A DNA stretch of 61,530 nucleotides, the filler included, from Coriobacteriales bacterium (GTDB lineage Bacteria > Actinomycetota > Coriobacteriia > Coriobacteriales > UBA8131), in NCBI GenBank assembly GCA_031263105.1. It is 5 parts of 5 records of this genome, joined end to end, with 100 filler letters (N's around TTAATTAATTAA, not from the genome) between each part and the next. Parts side by side here need not be neighbours in the genome. Positions count along the whole stretch, not along the records: positions 13,646 to 29,549 come from JAISGJ010000126.1; positions 29,650 to 38,269 come from JAISGJ010000141.1; 3 more parts are not named here. One strand, 5' to 3'. Each line of letters begins with the position of its first letter. The stretch's first letter is position 1. Both the position numbers and the translations under genes were made by a program. Below are positions 23,549-32,870 of this stretch, one piece after another. Under the pieces are notes generated by a model, which worked only from the letters and a program-made list of their open reading frames with translations, searched no databases and was not told the DNA's origin.

Positions 23549-24341
23549 GCCGCAGCCTTCGGAGGCCCCCCAGCGCGGCGCGGTGCCGCCGACGACCCGG
23601 GCGGGCCGGGACGCAGCGCAGCCTTCGGACGCCTCCCGGCGTGCGGCGCCTCGGGGCATCTCCCGGCGCGGCCTGCTTGCCGGTGCCGCCGGTGCCGCCC
23701 TCCTGCTGGGCCTTGGCGGCGTGGCGCGGGCGACGGCGGGGGACACGGTGCCGCTCAGGCCTCCGGGCGGCCAGGGCGAGCAGCGCTTCATCGCCGCCTG
23801 CATACACTGCGACCGTTGTCGCGGCGTCTGTCCGCGCGGCGTCATCGGGACCTGTGGCATCGAGGACGGCATCGTCAACATGCGCACGCCCACGCTCGAC
23901 TTCCACGTCGCCACCGCGAAGGCCTACCGGAGGGGCGCAGCGCATGCGGACCAGGAGGCCGTCCTCGCAAAGCCCTATGAGGCCCTTCTGGATGCGGGTG
24001 GCAGCGGCTTCTGCGACTTCTGCATGCTCTGCGCGAAGAACTGCCCGACCGGGGCCTTGGCCGCCTTCGACCCCGACCGCCACTGGATAGGCGAGGCCCG
24101 TATCGTCCCGCGCTCCTGCATCGCCTTCGACAAGCTGGGCGGCTGCCGCAAGTGCGTGGACTACTGCCCCTTCGGCGCCATCAGCCTCGATGAGGGCAAG
24201 CGCCCCGTCGTGCAGCCCGAGAAGTGCAACGGCTGCGGGGTCTGCGAGAACATCTGCCCGTCCAGCACCTACCGCACCTTCAGGAGCGGCCTGCAGCGCG
24301 GCATCGAGGTCGTCGTCAACGAGCAGGGCAGGCCGCTATGA
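23541..24341 (+). CDS. NapG/MauM-like Tat-exported 4Fe-4S protein
   Basis: SRRGLL Tat motif, LRPPG, CIHCDRC...CP and CNGCGVCENICP. Confidence 0.85.
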   Translation: MGEPQPSEAPQRGAVPPTTRAGRDAAQPSDASRRAAPRGISRRGLLAGAAGAALLLGLGGVARATAGDTVPLRPPGGQGEQRFIAACIHCDRCRGVCPRGVIGTCGIEDGIVNMRTPTLDFHVATAKAYRRGAAHADQEAVLAKPYEALLDAGGSGFCDFCMLCAKNCPTGALAAFDPDRHWIGEARIVPRSCIAFDKLGGCRKCVDYCPFGAISLDEGKRPVVQPEKCNGCGVCENICPSSTYRTFRSGLQRGIEVVVNEQGRPL

Positions 24342-25243
24342 AGGCGGGCGTCGTGCGCAGGATAGTGCTGGCCGCAGCCTTCGTGTCGATAACCGCAGGC
24401 ATCGTCCTCAACACCGGCGCAGGGACGCTCTCCTCCTTCGGCTGGCAGGCGATAGCCGCAATCTGCCCGCTCGGCGTCTTGGAGGGCATCGTCGCAGGCG
24501 GGACGCTGTTCCCCCGCGCACTGGTCGTCCTCGGCGTGACGGTCGTCCTCGTCGCCCTGTTCGGCAAGGCCTTCTGCTCCTGGGTCTGCCCCGTCGCGCC
24601 CGTCAGGGCCCTCCGTCGCCTCATAGGGAGGAAGCGCAGGGAGAAGAACGGGGAGAAGGCCGCCCCTGCCGCCCTCGCTGTGGGCGCCACTCCCTCCGAC
24701 ACCTGCAAGGACTGCGGCGCCTGCGCCACAAGGCGCGCCAAGCTCGACTCGCGCCACCTTGTGCTGGGAGGCAGCCTGCTCTCGGCGGCCGTCTTCGGCT
24801 TCCCGGTGTTCTGCCTGGTCTGCCCCATCGGGCTGGTCTTCGGCAGCGTCATCCTTCTCTGGCAATGGCTCAACTTCGACAACCTCAGCCTCTCCCTGCT
24901 CATCTATCCCGCCCTGCTCGTCGTGGAGCTGCTCGTCCTGCGCAGATGGTGCGCCAGGTTCTGCCCTTTGGGCGCCCTGCTCTCCGTGCTGAGCCTGGGC
25001 AACCGCTTCTTCCGCCCCAGGGTCGATGGCACAAGGTGCCTGCGCATGCAGGGCGTCGAGTGCCAGGTCTGTTACGAGAGCTGCCCCGAAGGGCTCGACC
25101 CCCATTGCAGCGACGGCATGAACGAGTGCAGCAAATGCGGCCTGTGCAGGGACAACTGCCCGGCACACGCCATACGCATCCCGCTCTCCTCCAAGGCCTC
25201 GGCCGAGGCTTCCTCCAAGGCCCCGCCCTCCCAAGTCTGCTAA
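24338..25243 (+). CDS. NapH/MauN-like membrane 4Fe-4S protein
   Basis: TM helices, FCSWVCP, WCARFCPLG and two C-terminal FeS motifs; ATGA overlap. Confidence 0.85.
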   Translation: MKAGVVRRIVLAAAFVSITAGIVLNTGAGTLSSFGWQAIAAICPLGVLEGIVAGGTLFPRALVVLGVTVVLVALFGKAFCSWVCPVAPVRALRRLIGRKRREKNGEKAAPAALAVGATPSDTCKDCGACATRRAKLDSRHLVLGGSLLSAAVFGFPVFCLVCPIGLVFGSVILLWQWLNFDNLSLSLLIYPALLVVELLVLRRWCARFCPLGALLSVLSLGNRFFRPRVDGTRCLRMQGVECQVCYESCPEGLDPHCSDGMNECSKCGLCRDNCPAHAIRIPLSSKASAEASSKAPPSQVC

Positions 25244-25298
25244 AATGCCAATCAAGGAGAACCAAGGAGAACCAAGCGGAAACCGAAACGCGGACACG

Positions 25299-26831
25299 AT
25301 GGAAGATCGACCGAGAACCCTCAGACTTGCGCTCAGCACCGTCTGGCCGGGTCTGCGCTACCTGGGCCTGGGGGTCTGGGTCGCGTGGCTGTTCCTGATC
25401 TCGAGCGGCTCCATCTGGCTTTCCGATGTGGAGGCCGACGGCTTCTACCTTGCAAACCTGATGCTCCTCATGACCGTCAGCAGCGCCGTCGTCTGCCTTG
25501 CGGCGCCGTATGCCCAACGCATCTATGGGATGCTGCTGGCGCGCCGTCGTGTGCTGATGGGCGTCGCCTCGCTTGCGTCGCTGGGGGCATTGGGGGTCAT
25601 TGCCGCCGGGCCGTACTACCTCGGCACCTCTTTCGACACCGCCTGGATATTCTGGCCGAGCATTGTGCTGATGGGCGTCTTCTCCGGCGCCTTCTCCCTG
25701 AAATGCGGCCAGCTGTTCGGCGGGATGGAGCCGAGGCGGGTCATGCTCTATACGCTGCTGAGCGAGATGACAATGGTGGCCCTGTCCTACTTCGTGCTGG
25801 GGAACAACATCTTCTCCCCTGTGCAGGGCGGGCCGCCGCTCTCCGGGATAGCGGGCTTCGCGCTCCTTCCGCTCCTTGCGGCCTACCTCGTGTGCCTCCC
25901 GGCCGAGGGCGTCCCCGATGCGCCGGCCCCGTGCTCGCCCCTCCGCGACCTGCCGCCTGCGTTCCTGCGCTTCCTGGTCGTCATCTTCGTCTTCACCGTC
26001 GTCTCGGAGACGGTGCGCTGCTACTTCGTCTTCGTGCGCATGCCGTCCCTCACCTACCTCGACTCCATCGTGGTGCTGCTGCTGCGCACGCTGTTCGCGG
26101 TGCTGATGCTGGCCTTTGCCCTGCGTTCGCACAAGCGCCTGTACTTCAGCAGGATGTACCTGTTCTCGCTCGTCGCCATCGCGGTCGCCATGGCGCTCAT
26201 CCCTCTCCTGCAGATATACAACACGGTCCTGGGAGGCATCATCGGCTTCGCGTCGAACGTCCTGGTCCTCCTGATATGGTGCCTGCTCGCCGGGGTCACC
26301 TTCGAGAAGCGGATCCCTGCGATCGTCGTCTTCGGCTTCGGCAGGGGCGCCCTGCTCGTCGGGCAGGCCTGCGGCTGGCTGCTGGGGATATGGCTGCTGC
26401 CTCAGCTGGCGGGGACGAGATGGGAGATCGTGTGCTATGTGGGCGTGGCCATCGTGATCCTGGTCATGGTCACGCTGTTCTTCTCCGAGCGGCAGTTCGA
26501 CCGGCTGTTCGGGGAGATAGCAAAGGCGCAGATCAGCCTGGACCTCTCCTCCTCCTTCGGCAGCGGCGACCGGAAGAAGCACCGCCCATGGCACGAGGCC
26601 TGCCGCCGGGCCGGCGAGCAGGCGATGCTCAGTTCGCGCGAGCAGGAGATATTCGAGCTTCTGGTCGTCGGTCGCTCGCCGGACAACATCGCGGCGCATC
26701 TGGTGCTGTCCTTGCATACGGTGCGCACCCACATCAGGAACATCTACGGGAAGTTCGACGTCCACAACAAGGCCGAGCTCGTCTCGTATGTGGAGGCGAT
26801 CCTCAACGAGAAGGACGGAAGGAAGCAGTAG
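25299..26831 (+). CDS. Multi-TM LuxR-family transcriptional regulator
   Basis: About 12 hydrophobic segments plus LSSREQEIF...TVRTHIRNIYGK HTH. Confidence 0.9.
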   Translation: MEDRPRTLRLALSTVWPGLRYLGLGVWVAWLFLISSGSIWLSDVEADGFYLANLMLLMTVSSAVVCLAAPYAQRIYGMLLARRRVLMGVASLASLGALGVIAAGPYYLGTSFDTAWIFWPSIVLMGVFSGAFSLKCGQLFGGMEPRRVMLYTLLSEMTMVALSYFVLGNNIFSPVQGGPPLSGIAGFALLPLLAAYLVCLPAEGVPDAPAPCSPLRDLPPAFLRFLVVIFVFTVVSETVRCYFVFVRMPSLTYLDSIVVLLLRTLFAVLMLAFALRSHKRLYFSRMYLFSLVAIAVAMALIPLLQIYNTVLGGIIGFASNVLVLLIWCLLAGVTFEKRIPAIVVFGFGRGALLVGQACGWLLGIWLLPQLAGTRWEIVCYVGVAIVILVMVTLFFSERQFDRLFGEIAKAQISLDLSSSFGSGDRKKHRPWHEACRRAGEQAMLSSREQEIFELLVVGRSPDNIAAHLVLSLHTVRTHIRNIYGKFDVHNKAELVSYVEAILNEKDGRKQ

Positions 26832-26835
26832 GCGC

Positions 26836-28152
26836 ATGGCGGTGTCGGTTCTGGAACAGAGGGCAGGGGTCCTCGTCATCGGCGGGGGAGCGGCGGGGCT
26901 CATGGCCGCCATCGCCGCAGCGCGCACGGGCGCGTCCGTCGTGCTGGCCGAGAAAGGCGTGCGCGTCGGGCAGAAGATACGGGCGACCGGCAACGGGCGC
27001 TGCAACCTGAGCAACCTCGCGATTGCCGGGAAGGGGGCGGGCGGGCGCTACAACGACCCTGCCTTTGCCGCCCCTGTGATTCGGCGCTATGGCTGCGACG
27101 AGGTGCGTGCGCTGTTCGGGGGGCTCGGCCTGCTGACGGAACCCGACGCGAAGGGCTGGGTCTTCCCCGGCACGCGCCTTGCGGCCTCCGTCGTCGATGT
27201 GCTCTCCAACGAGCTTGGGCGGCTGGGCGTGGCCGTCCATACGGGGTGCGGGATAGAGGGGCTGTCCTTTACGGAGGGCGGGGCCCTCGCCTTTGCCGGT
27301 GCCGAGGGCGGCACCTGCCGTGCCGGGGGCGGTGTCGCTGCGCCTCTTGCCGCCACCGGTGCCGAGAGTGGTGCCGCTGCGCCCCTTGCCGCCGAGGGCC
27401 TTGCCGCCGAGGGCGAGGCGCTGCGCTTCGTGGCCCGCACCGTCGTCGTGGCCTGCGGTGTCGGGCCGCTGCTGCACGCCTTGGAACCCCACGTCCTGCG
27501 GGAGCCCGTCGCGGTGCTGGGGCCGCTTGCGACCGAGCGCCCCCCGCTCAAGGGCCTCGACGGGGTGCGTGCCCGCGCCGCCCTCACGCTTGCCCGCGAG
27601 GGGCGGGAGCTTTTCCGGGAGGAGGGCGAGGTCCTCTTCAGGCCCTTCGGCGTCTCCGGCATCGTCTCCTTCGACCTCAGCCGCTTCGCCGAAGAGGGGG
27701 ACGTCGTCCAGCTCGACTTCTTTCCCTCATACGACGGGCGTGAGCTGGCGTCCCTGCTCGCTGCTCGCCACCTCCAAAACCCCTCCGATTCGCTGGGCAG
27801 GCTCCTCGATGGCATGCTGCATCCCCGCCTCGCGCAGGCGGTCGCCCGGGCCGCCGCAGCGCGCCCGGACACGCCCCCCGACCGGGCTTTGCTGGAGAAG
27901 GTCGCACGCGTCATGAAGGCCTACCGCCTCCGCGTCACCGCCGGCCCCTCTCTCTCGCAGGCACAGGTCACCCGTGGCGGGCTCGCGACCGAGGGCTTCG
28001 ATGCCTCGACCCTCCGGTCGCTTCACCGTCCCTGCCTCTTCGCGGCAGGGGAGTGCCTCGACGTCGACGGCCCCTGCGGCGGCTTCAACCTCCACTGGGC
28101 CTGGGCCTCCGGCTACACCGCAGGCACGTCCGCCGGAAGCGCTGCGACATAG
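26836..28152 (+). CDS. HI0933/BaiN-family flavoprotein
   Basis: IGGGAAG, TGNGRCNLSN, AQVTRGG and GECLDVDGPCGGFNLHWAW. Confidence 0.92.
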   Translation: MAVSVLEQRAGVLVIGGGAAGLMAAIAAARTGASVVLAEKGVRVGQKIRATGNGRCNLSNLAIAGKGAGGRYNDPAFAAPVIRRYGCDEVRALFGGLGLLTEPDAKGWVFPGTRLAASVVDVLSNELGRLGVAVHTGCGIEGLSFTEGGALAFAGAEGGTCRAGGGVAAPLAATGAESGAAAPLAAEGLAAEGEALRFVARTVVVACGVGPLLHALEPHVLREPVAVLGPLATERPPLKGLDGVRARAALTLAREGRELFREEGEVLFRPFGVSGIVSFDLSRFAEEGDVVQLDFFPSYDGRELASLLAARHLQNPSDSLGRLLDGMLHPRLAQAVARAAAARPDTPPDRALLEKVARVMKAYRLRVTAGPSLSQAQVTRGGLATEGFDASTLRSLHRPCLFAAGECLDVDGPCGGFNLHWAWASGYTAGTSAGSAAT

Positions 28153-28160
28153 ACCCCAGG

Positions 28161-28400
28161 CTACCGTTCGCGCCCACTGCCTGCCGTTCGCGCCCACTGC
28201 CCGCCGTGCGCGCCCACTGCCCGCCTTTCGCGCCCACTGCCCGCTGCCCGCGCCCACTGCCCGCCGTTCGCGCCCACTGCCCGCCGTTCGCGCCCACTGC
28301 CCGCCGTTAGCGCCCACTGCCCGCCGTTCGCGCCCACTGCCCGCTGCCCGCGCCCACTGCCCGCCGTTCGCGCCCACTGCCCGCCTTTCGCGCCCACTGT
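28161..28400. repeat. 12 x 20-bp tandem repeat (CCGCCGTTCGCGCCCACTGC) running into a MITE arm
   Basis: Exact 20-bp period; the last unit continues as CCCACTGTCATTCCGAG. Confidence 0.92.
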
Positions 28401-28445
28401 CATTCCGAGCCTGCCGAGGAATCTTCGACCGCGCAAGCGGTCGAC
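28393..28445. repeat. Partial MITE-like repeat (left arm and hairpin)
   Basis: CCCACTGTCATTCCGAGCCTGCCGAGGAATCTTCGACCGCGCAAGCGGTCGA. Confidence 0.7.
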
Positions 28446-28580
28446 TGCGGGCGGATGTGCGTCGGCCCGCAGTCGGCTGCTAGGTGACAGAATCCCTACG
28501 GCGCACGGTCGCGGCCTCGCCTTTGCCGCAGATGCCCTATCATTGTCAGGACTGTTCCCGACAACTGGAGACGACCGGAA

Positions 28581-29408
28581 TTGGAACTCTTTGCGCCGTT
28601 CACGACCGCCGAAGGCTGGCTGAGCCTGCTGACGCTCATCTTCCTCGAGCTCGTGCTGGGGATCGACAACCTCGTGTTCATCGCGATAACCACCGACCGC
28701 CTCCCCGAGGACAAGAAGCACCTCGGGCGCCGCTTCGGCCTTCTCGCCGCCCTCGTCATGCGCGTCCTCCTGCTGAGCCTCGGCTTCCTTGTGATTCACC
28801 TCACCGCGACCCTGTTCACGCTGCCCTTCGACGTCCCCGGCGGCGATGCGGCCATCAACGCCAAGGACCTCATCCTGCTCCTCGGCGGCGCCTATCTCGT
28901 CTACAAGGGCGTCGCCGAGATACGGGAGAAGGTGTCTGCCGAGCAGATCGGGCGCGAGCACGGGCCCGCCGAGGCGCGGCACACGGGGCTGATCGGCATG
29001 CCGCAGGCCATCGGCACCATTGCGCTCATGGACATGATCTTCTCCCTCGACTCGGTCATAACGGCGCTCGGCATGAGCGGCGAGATCCTCGTCATGATAA
29101 TCGCCGTCATGCTCGCCGTCCTCGTCATGATCGTCTTCGCCGACCCCATCTCGGAGTTCATCAACGCGAACCCTGAGATGAAGCTGCTTGCGCTTGCCTT
29201 CATCATCGCGGTTGGGGTGAAGCTCGTGCTGGAGTCGCTCGGCATCGAGGTCCCCCTCGAAGGCACGGACATCGACGCCATGGACCTCATGCTCTACTTC
29301 GCGATGTTCTTCTCCCTCGCCATCACCTGCATCCAGATGCTCTACAACCACCGTGTCGCTAAGGCCCGCCAGGCCCACGAGGCCCCTCTTGAGAAGGACG
29401 AGCTTTAA
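28581..29408 (+). CDS. TerC-family integral membrane protein
   Basis: LELVLGIDNLVFI, DMIFSLDSVITA and FINANP; TTG start. Confidence 0.92.
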   Translation: MELFAPFTTAEGWLSLLTLIFLELVLGIDNLVFIAITTDRLPEDKKHLGRRFGLLAALVMRVLLLSLGFLVIHLTATLFTLPFDVPGGDAAINAKDLILLLGGAYLVYKGVAEIREKVSAEQIGREHGPAEARHTGLIGMPQAIGTIALMDMIFSLDSVITALGMSGEILVMIIAVMLAVLVMIVFADPISEFINANPEMKLLALAFIIAVGVKLVLESLGIEVPLEGTDIDAMDLMLYFAMFFSLAITCIQMLYNHRVAKARQAHEAPLEKDEL

Positions 29409-29549
29409 GAGAAGGCAACTATTAGAAAATAAATCCCTACTTGCAATGAGTTGATATTTACAGTCAATAAACTGTGTTTACGCAGGTCGAGTTCTTTTGG
29501 GTACCTAAAACTCGACAATTCATTACCCAAAATGGTCACTTTTTAGGGG

Positions 29550-29649
29550 NNNNNNNNNNNNNNNNNNNNNNNNNNNNNNNNNNNNNNNNNNNNTTAATTA
29601 ATTAANNNNNNNNNNNNNNNNNNNNNNNNNNNNNNNNNNNNNNNNNNNN
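29550..29649. other. Assembly gap/contig spacer
   Basis: N run containing TTAATTAATTAA. Confidence 0.98.
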
Positions 29650-29696
29650 GGGGGGAGTGCGCATGGCCAGTAACGGGGAAACGCGAGAAAGGACCT

Positions 29697-30896
29697 GTGG
29701 TGTCAGCTACGACGTATAAGGATGCAGGGGTCGATATAGCCGAGGGAGCGCGCGCGGTCGAGGCGATACGGGGGCTTGTGCGCAGCACCTACACCCCCGA
29801 GGTCATCGGCGACATCGGCGGCTTCGGCGGGCTGTTCTCGGCCAGCGCCTTCAAGGACATGGACGACCCCGTCCTCGTCTCGGGCACCGACGGCGTGGGC
29901 ACGAAGCTCGAGCTCGCCAGGCGCCTGGGCGACCATTCGTCCGTCGGCATAGACCTCGTGGCCATGTGTGTGAACGACATCGTCGTGAGCGGCGCGAGGC
30001 CCCTGTTCTTCCTTGACTACCTCGCAGTCGGCAGGCTTGAGGCATCCTTCGCACAGGAGGTCGTCGGCTCCATCGCCGAGGGCTGCAAGCAGGCGGGATG
30101 CGCCCTCGTCGGCGGCGAGATGGCCGAGCATCCCGGCACGATGCAGGAGGGGGACTACGACCTCTCCGGCTTCTGCGTCGGCGTGGTCGACCGGCCCAGG
30201 ATACGCGGCCCGCACCTCGTGCGCGAGGGCGACGTCATCTTAGGGCTCGCGTCCAGCGGCCTGCACTCCAACGGCTTCTCGCTCGTGCGCCGCGTCCTGA
30301 CCGACGCGCTCAGCGACGAGGAGCTTGCCACGCGCGTCCTGCCTGCGGCGGACGGGACGGCGACGGACGGCAGGGCCTGCAGCGGAGTCGGCGCGGTCGC
30401 TGCGAGTGGGATCTGCGGCGGCGGCGCGGCGGCCGCTGCGCCCGGCAGCCCTCCCTCGGCCGACGGGGCAGGCGGGACGGCCCCCGCCCTGCTCGGCCCC
30501 GCACTTCTCGCCCCTACACGCATCTACGTGCGCCCCCTGCTCGACGCCCTCGATGCGGGGCTGCCCATCCATGCGGCGGCGCACATCACCGGCGGCGGCA
30601 TCACGGAGAACCTCGCCCGCGTCCTGCCCGCAGGCCTCGATGCCTGCCTCACGCTGGGAACCTGGGAGGTGCCTGCGGTCATCCAGGCGGTAGGCGAGGC
30701 CTCCGGGCTCGATGTCCACGAGCTGCTTGGGACCTTCAACATGGGCATCGGCATGGCGCTCGTCTGTGCGCCGGAGGGCGTAGGCCCGCTCACCCGCCAC
30801 TTCCTTGCGCAGGGGAGGGTGTTTCGTATCGGCGAGGTAACCGCTGCGGCGAGCCCCGTGACAGAGGGTAGGGTCGTCTATAGGATGAAGTCCTAA
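29697..30896 (+). CDS. purM: Phosphoribosylformylglycinamidine cyclo-ligase (AIR synthetase)
   Basis: YKDAGVDI, TDGVGTK, GGEMAEHPG, SSGLHSNGFS, HITGGG and TFNMGIG. Confidence 0.96.
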   Translation: MVSATTYKDAGVDIAEGARAVEAIRGLVRSTYTPEVIGDIGGFGGLFSASAFKDMDDPVLVSGTDGVGTKLELARRLGDHSSVGIDLVAMCVNDIVVSGARPLFFLDYLAVGRLEASFAQEVVGSIAEGCKQAGCALVGGEMAEHPGTMQEGDYDLSGFCVGVVDRPRIRGPHLVREGDVILGLASSGLHSNGFSLVRRVLTDALSDEELATRVLPAADGTATDGRACSGVGAVAASGICGGGAAAAAPGSPPSADGAGGTAPALLGPALLAPTRIYVRPLLDALDAGLPIHAAAHITGGGITENLARVLPAGLDACLTLGTWEVPAVIQAVGEASGLDVHELLGTFNMGIGMALVCAPEGVGPLTRHFLAQGRVFRIGEVTAAASPVTEGRVVYRMKS

Positions 30897-30951
30897 GGCC
30901 AGGCCCTCGGAATGGGGCCCTTGCGATAAGGACGGAGGCGAGGAGACGCTC

Positions 30952-31560
30952 ATGATACGGCTCGGTGTGCTCATATCCGGCTCAGGGACCAACCTGCAGG
31001 CCATCATCGACGCCGTTGCGGAAGGCAGGCTCGATGCCGAGGTCGCGCTCGTCTGCTCCAGCAGGCCCGACGCCTATGGGCTTCGGCGCGCGCAGGCGGC
31101 GGGCATCCCCACCAGGGGCCTCTCCCGCGAGGTCTACGCCGACCCGCTCGCCGCCGACCGCATCATCGTCGAGGAGATGCGCGCCGCCGGGGTCGAGTAC
31201 GTCGTCATGGCCGGCTACATGAGAATGGTCACCGCCCCCCTGCTCGCCGCCTTCCCCGACCGCGTCGTCAACATCCACCCTGCGCTGCTGCCGTCCTTCC
31301 CTGGGGCGCATGGCATCGCCGACGCCTTCAATGCGGGCGTGAAGGTGACCGGCGTGACGGTGCACTTCGCCAACGAGCGCTACGACGAGGGCCCCATCAT
31401 CGCGCAGCAGGCGCTTGCCATCGAGGAGGACGACAGCCCAGAAAGCCTTGAGGAACGCATCCATGCCATCGAGCACGTCCTGTATCCGCAGGCCTTGCAG
31501 TACATCGCGCAGGGCCGGGTGCGCATCGACGAGAACCGCAGGGTGAGGATCGCGAAGTGA
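30952..31560 (+). CDS. purN: Phosphoribosylglycinamide formyltransferase
   Basis: ISGSGTNLQA, AGYMR, NIHPALLPSF and DEGPII. Confidence 0.97.
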   Translation: MIRLGVLISGSGTNLQAIIDAVAEGRLDAEVALVCSSRPDAYGLRRAQAAGIPTRGLSREVYADPLAADRIIVEEMRAAGVEYVVMAGYMRMVTAPLLAAFPDRVVNIHPALLPSFPGAHGIADAFNAGVKVTGVTVHFANERYDEGPIIAQQALAIEEDDSPESLEERIHAIEHVLYPQALQYIAQGRVRIDENRRVRIAK

Positions 31561-31567
31561 GGATCGC

Positions 31568-32572
31568 ATGAGCAAGCCTGGGACCGAGGGCACAGCGCCC
31601 GCGCAGGGGCCGGACGGCGCAGGGGCCGCGCAGGGGCCGAGCGCCGCGCCGCCGGGGCCGTCGCCCGCGTCCGAGCCGCCGCCGGGCACAGCGTCCGCGT
31701 CCGAGCCGCAGCCGGGCACAGCGTCCGCGTCCGAGCCGCCGCCGGGCACGCCGCCCGACCAGCCAAAGCCGCACGTCTCCACCGCCGACAAGATCAAGTT
31801 CGGCGGGCTCGTCGTGTTCTTCCTCCTCATCATCGCCCTCAGCGTCCTCGTCGTGCGCTATATCGGCACCCTGGGCACCGAGTCGGTGGCGACCGAGCTC
31901 GAGCGGGCGATCAGGGAGGCCGGAATCTTCGGCATACTCATCTGCCTGGGGGTGCAGTTCCTCCAGGTCGTGGTCGCGTTCATCCCCGGCGAGGTGGTGC
32001 AGGTCGCCATCGGCTACGTCTACGGCACCGTCGGGGGCGGCCTTATCACGCTTGCGGGGGCGCTGGTCTCGAGCGTCTTCGTGTTCTACCTCGTGCGCAG
32101 GCTCGGTGCGCCCTTCGTCCAGGCGATGGTGGGCAACAAGGACTCGGGCCGCATGCGCTTCCTTCACAACAGCAAGAACCTCAACTCGCTCGTGTTCATC
32201 CTCTACCTCATCCCGGGGCTTCCCAAGGACCTCATCACCTATGCCGTCCCGCTCACAGAGATACGCCCCCGCGAGTTCTTCGTGCTCTCCACCCTCGCGC
32301 GCGCACCGGCGATCTTCGCCTCGACCTTCGTGGCAGCCGCCTTCAAGAACGGCGACTTCGTCGGCATGATCGTCGTCGCAGCCATCTTCGGCGGCCTGGG
32401 GATCCTCGGCATCGTCTTCAACCAAAAGATCATGGCCTTCGTGGACAAAGTGACGGCTCGCCCTTCTCGCCACCATAAGGATGGGGCTGGGAATGGGGAT
32501 GAGGTCAAACATGGGGACAAGACCGGGGATGCCGTGACCCCCGAGACCCCCCGAGAGCCACGGGAGCCATAG
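31568..32572 (+). CDS. TVP38/DedA (SNARE-associated) membrane protein with N-terminal repeats
   Basis: QVVVAFIPGE and LIPGLPKD motifs; ASEPPPGTAS-type repeats. Confidence 0.85.
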   Translation: MSKPGTEGTAPAQGPDGAGAAQGPSAAPPGPSPASEPPPGTASASEPQPGTASASEPPPGTPPDQPKPHVSTADKIKFGGLVVFFLLIIALSVLVVRYIGTLGTESVATELERAIREAGIFGILICLGVQFLQVVVAFIPGEVVQVAIGYVYGTVGGGLITLAGALVSSVFVFYLVRRLGAPFVQAMVGNKDSGRMRFLHNSKNLNSLVFILYLIPGLPKDLITYAVPLTEIRPREFFVLSTLARAPAIFASTFVAAAFKNGDFVGMIVVAAIFGGLGILGIVFNQKIMAFVDKVTARPSRHHKDGAGNGDEVKHGDKTGDAVTPETPREPREP

Positions 32573-32762
32573 CCACAGTTCACTTTCCACTGTCATTCCG
32601 AGCGCAGCGAAGCGAAGCCGAGGAATCCTTGGGCGCGCCAGCGCCCAACCGGGCCAGTCGGGCACTGCGTGCCCAAGGATTCTCACGCTGCGCGCCCTTG
32701 CGGGCGCTCCGCTCAGAATGACAGTGGGGGTGTGAACTGTAACCAACTGTAACCACTGTAAC
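32572..32762. repeat. MITE-like palindromic repeat with duplicated right end
   Basis: CACTGTCATTCCGAG...CAGAATGACAGTGGGGGTGTGAACTGTAAC followed by two more ACTGTAAC copies. Confidence 0.75.
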
Positions 32763-32870
32763 CACGAGCGCCGCAGCGCTGAGGGAGGTCGCGAATAAGG
32801 GGGTTCTCAAGGACGATTTTGAGCTACACTATAGCTCTACCAATTCAGCTTTCGGATTCAAGGACAGGGC

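Noticed and set aside
28161..28400. Possible CRISPR array (also 46803-46915)
   Set aside because: Periods of 20-23 bp, no unique spacers and no cas genes; these are tandem repeats.
28480..28580. yybP-ykoY riboswitch upstream of terC
   Set aside because: I could not recognise the consensus by eye; an Infernal search would settle it.
17302..29488. GTTTACGCAGGTC direct repeat (17302 and 29476) as island att sites
   Set aside because: Only 13 bp, outside the tRNA 3' end, with no integrase seen.
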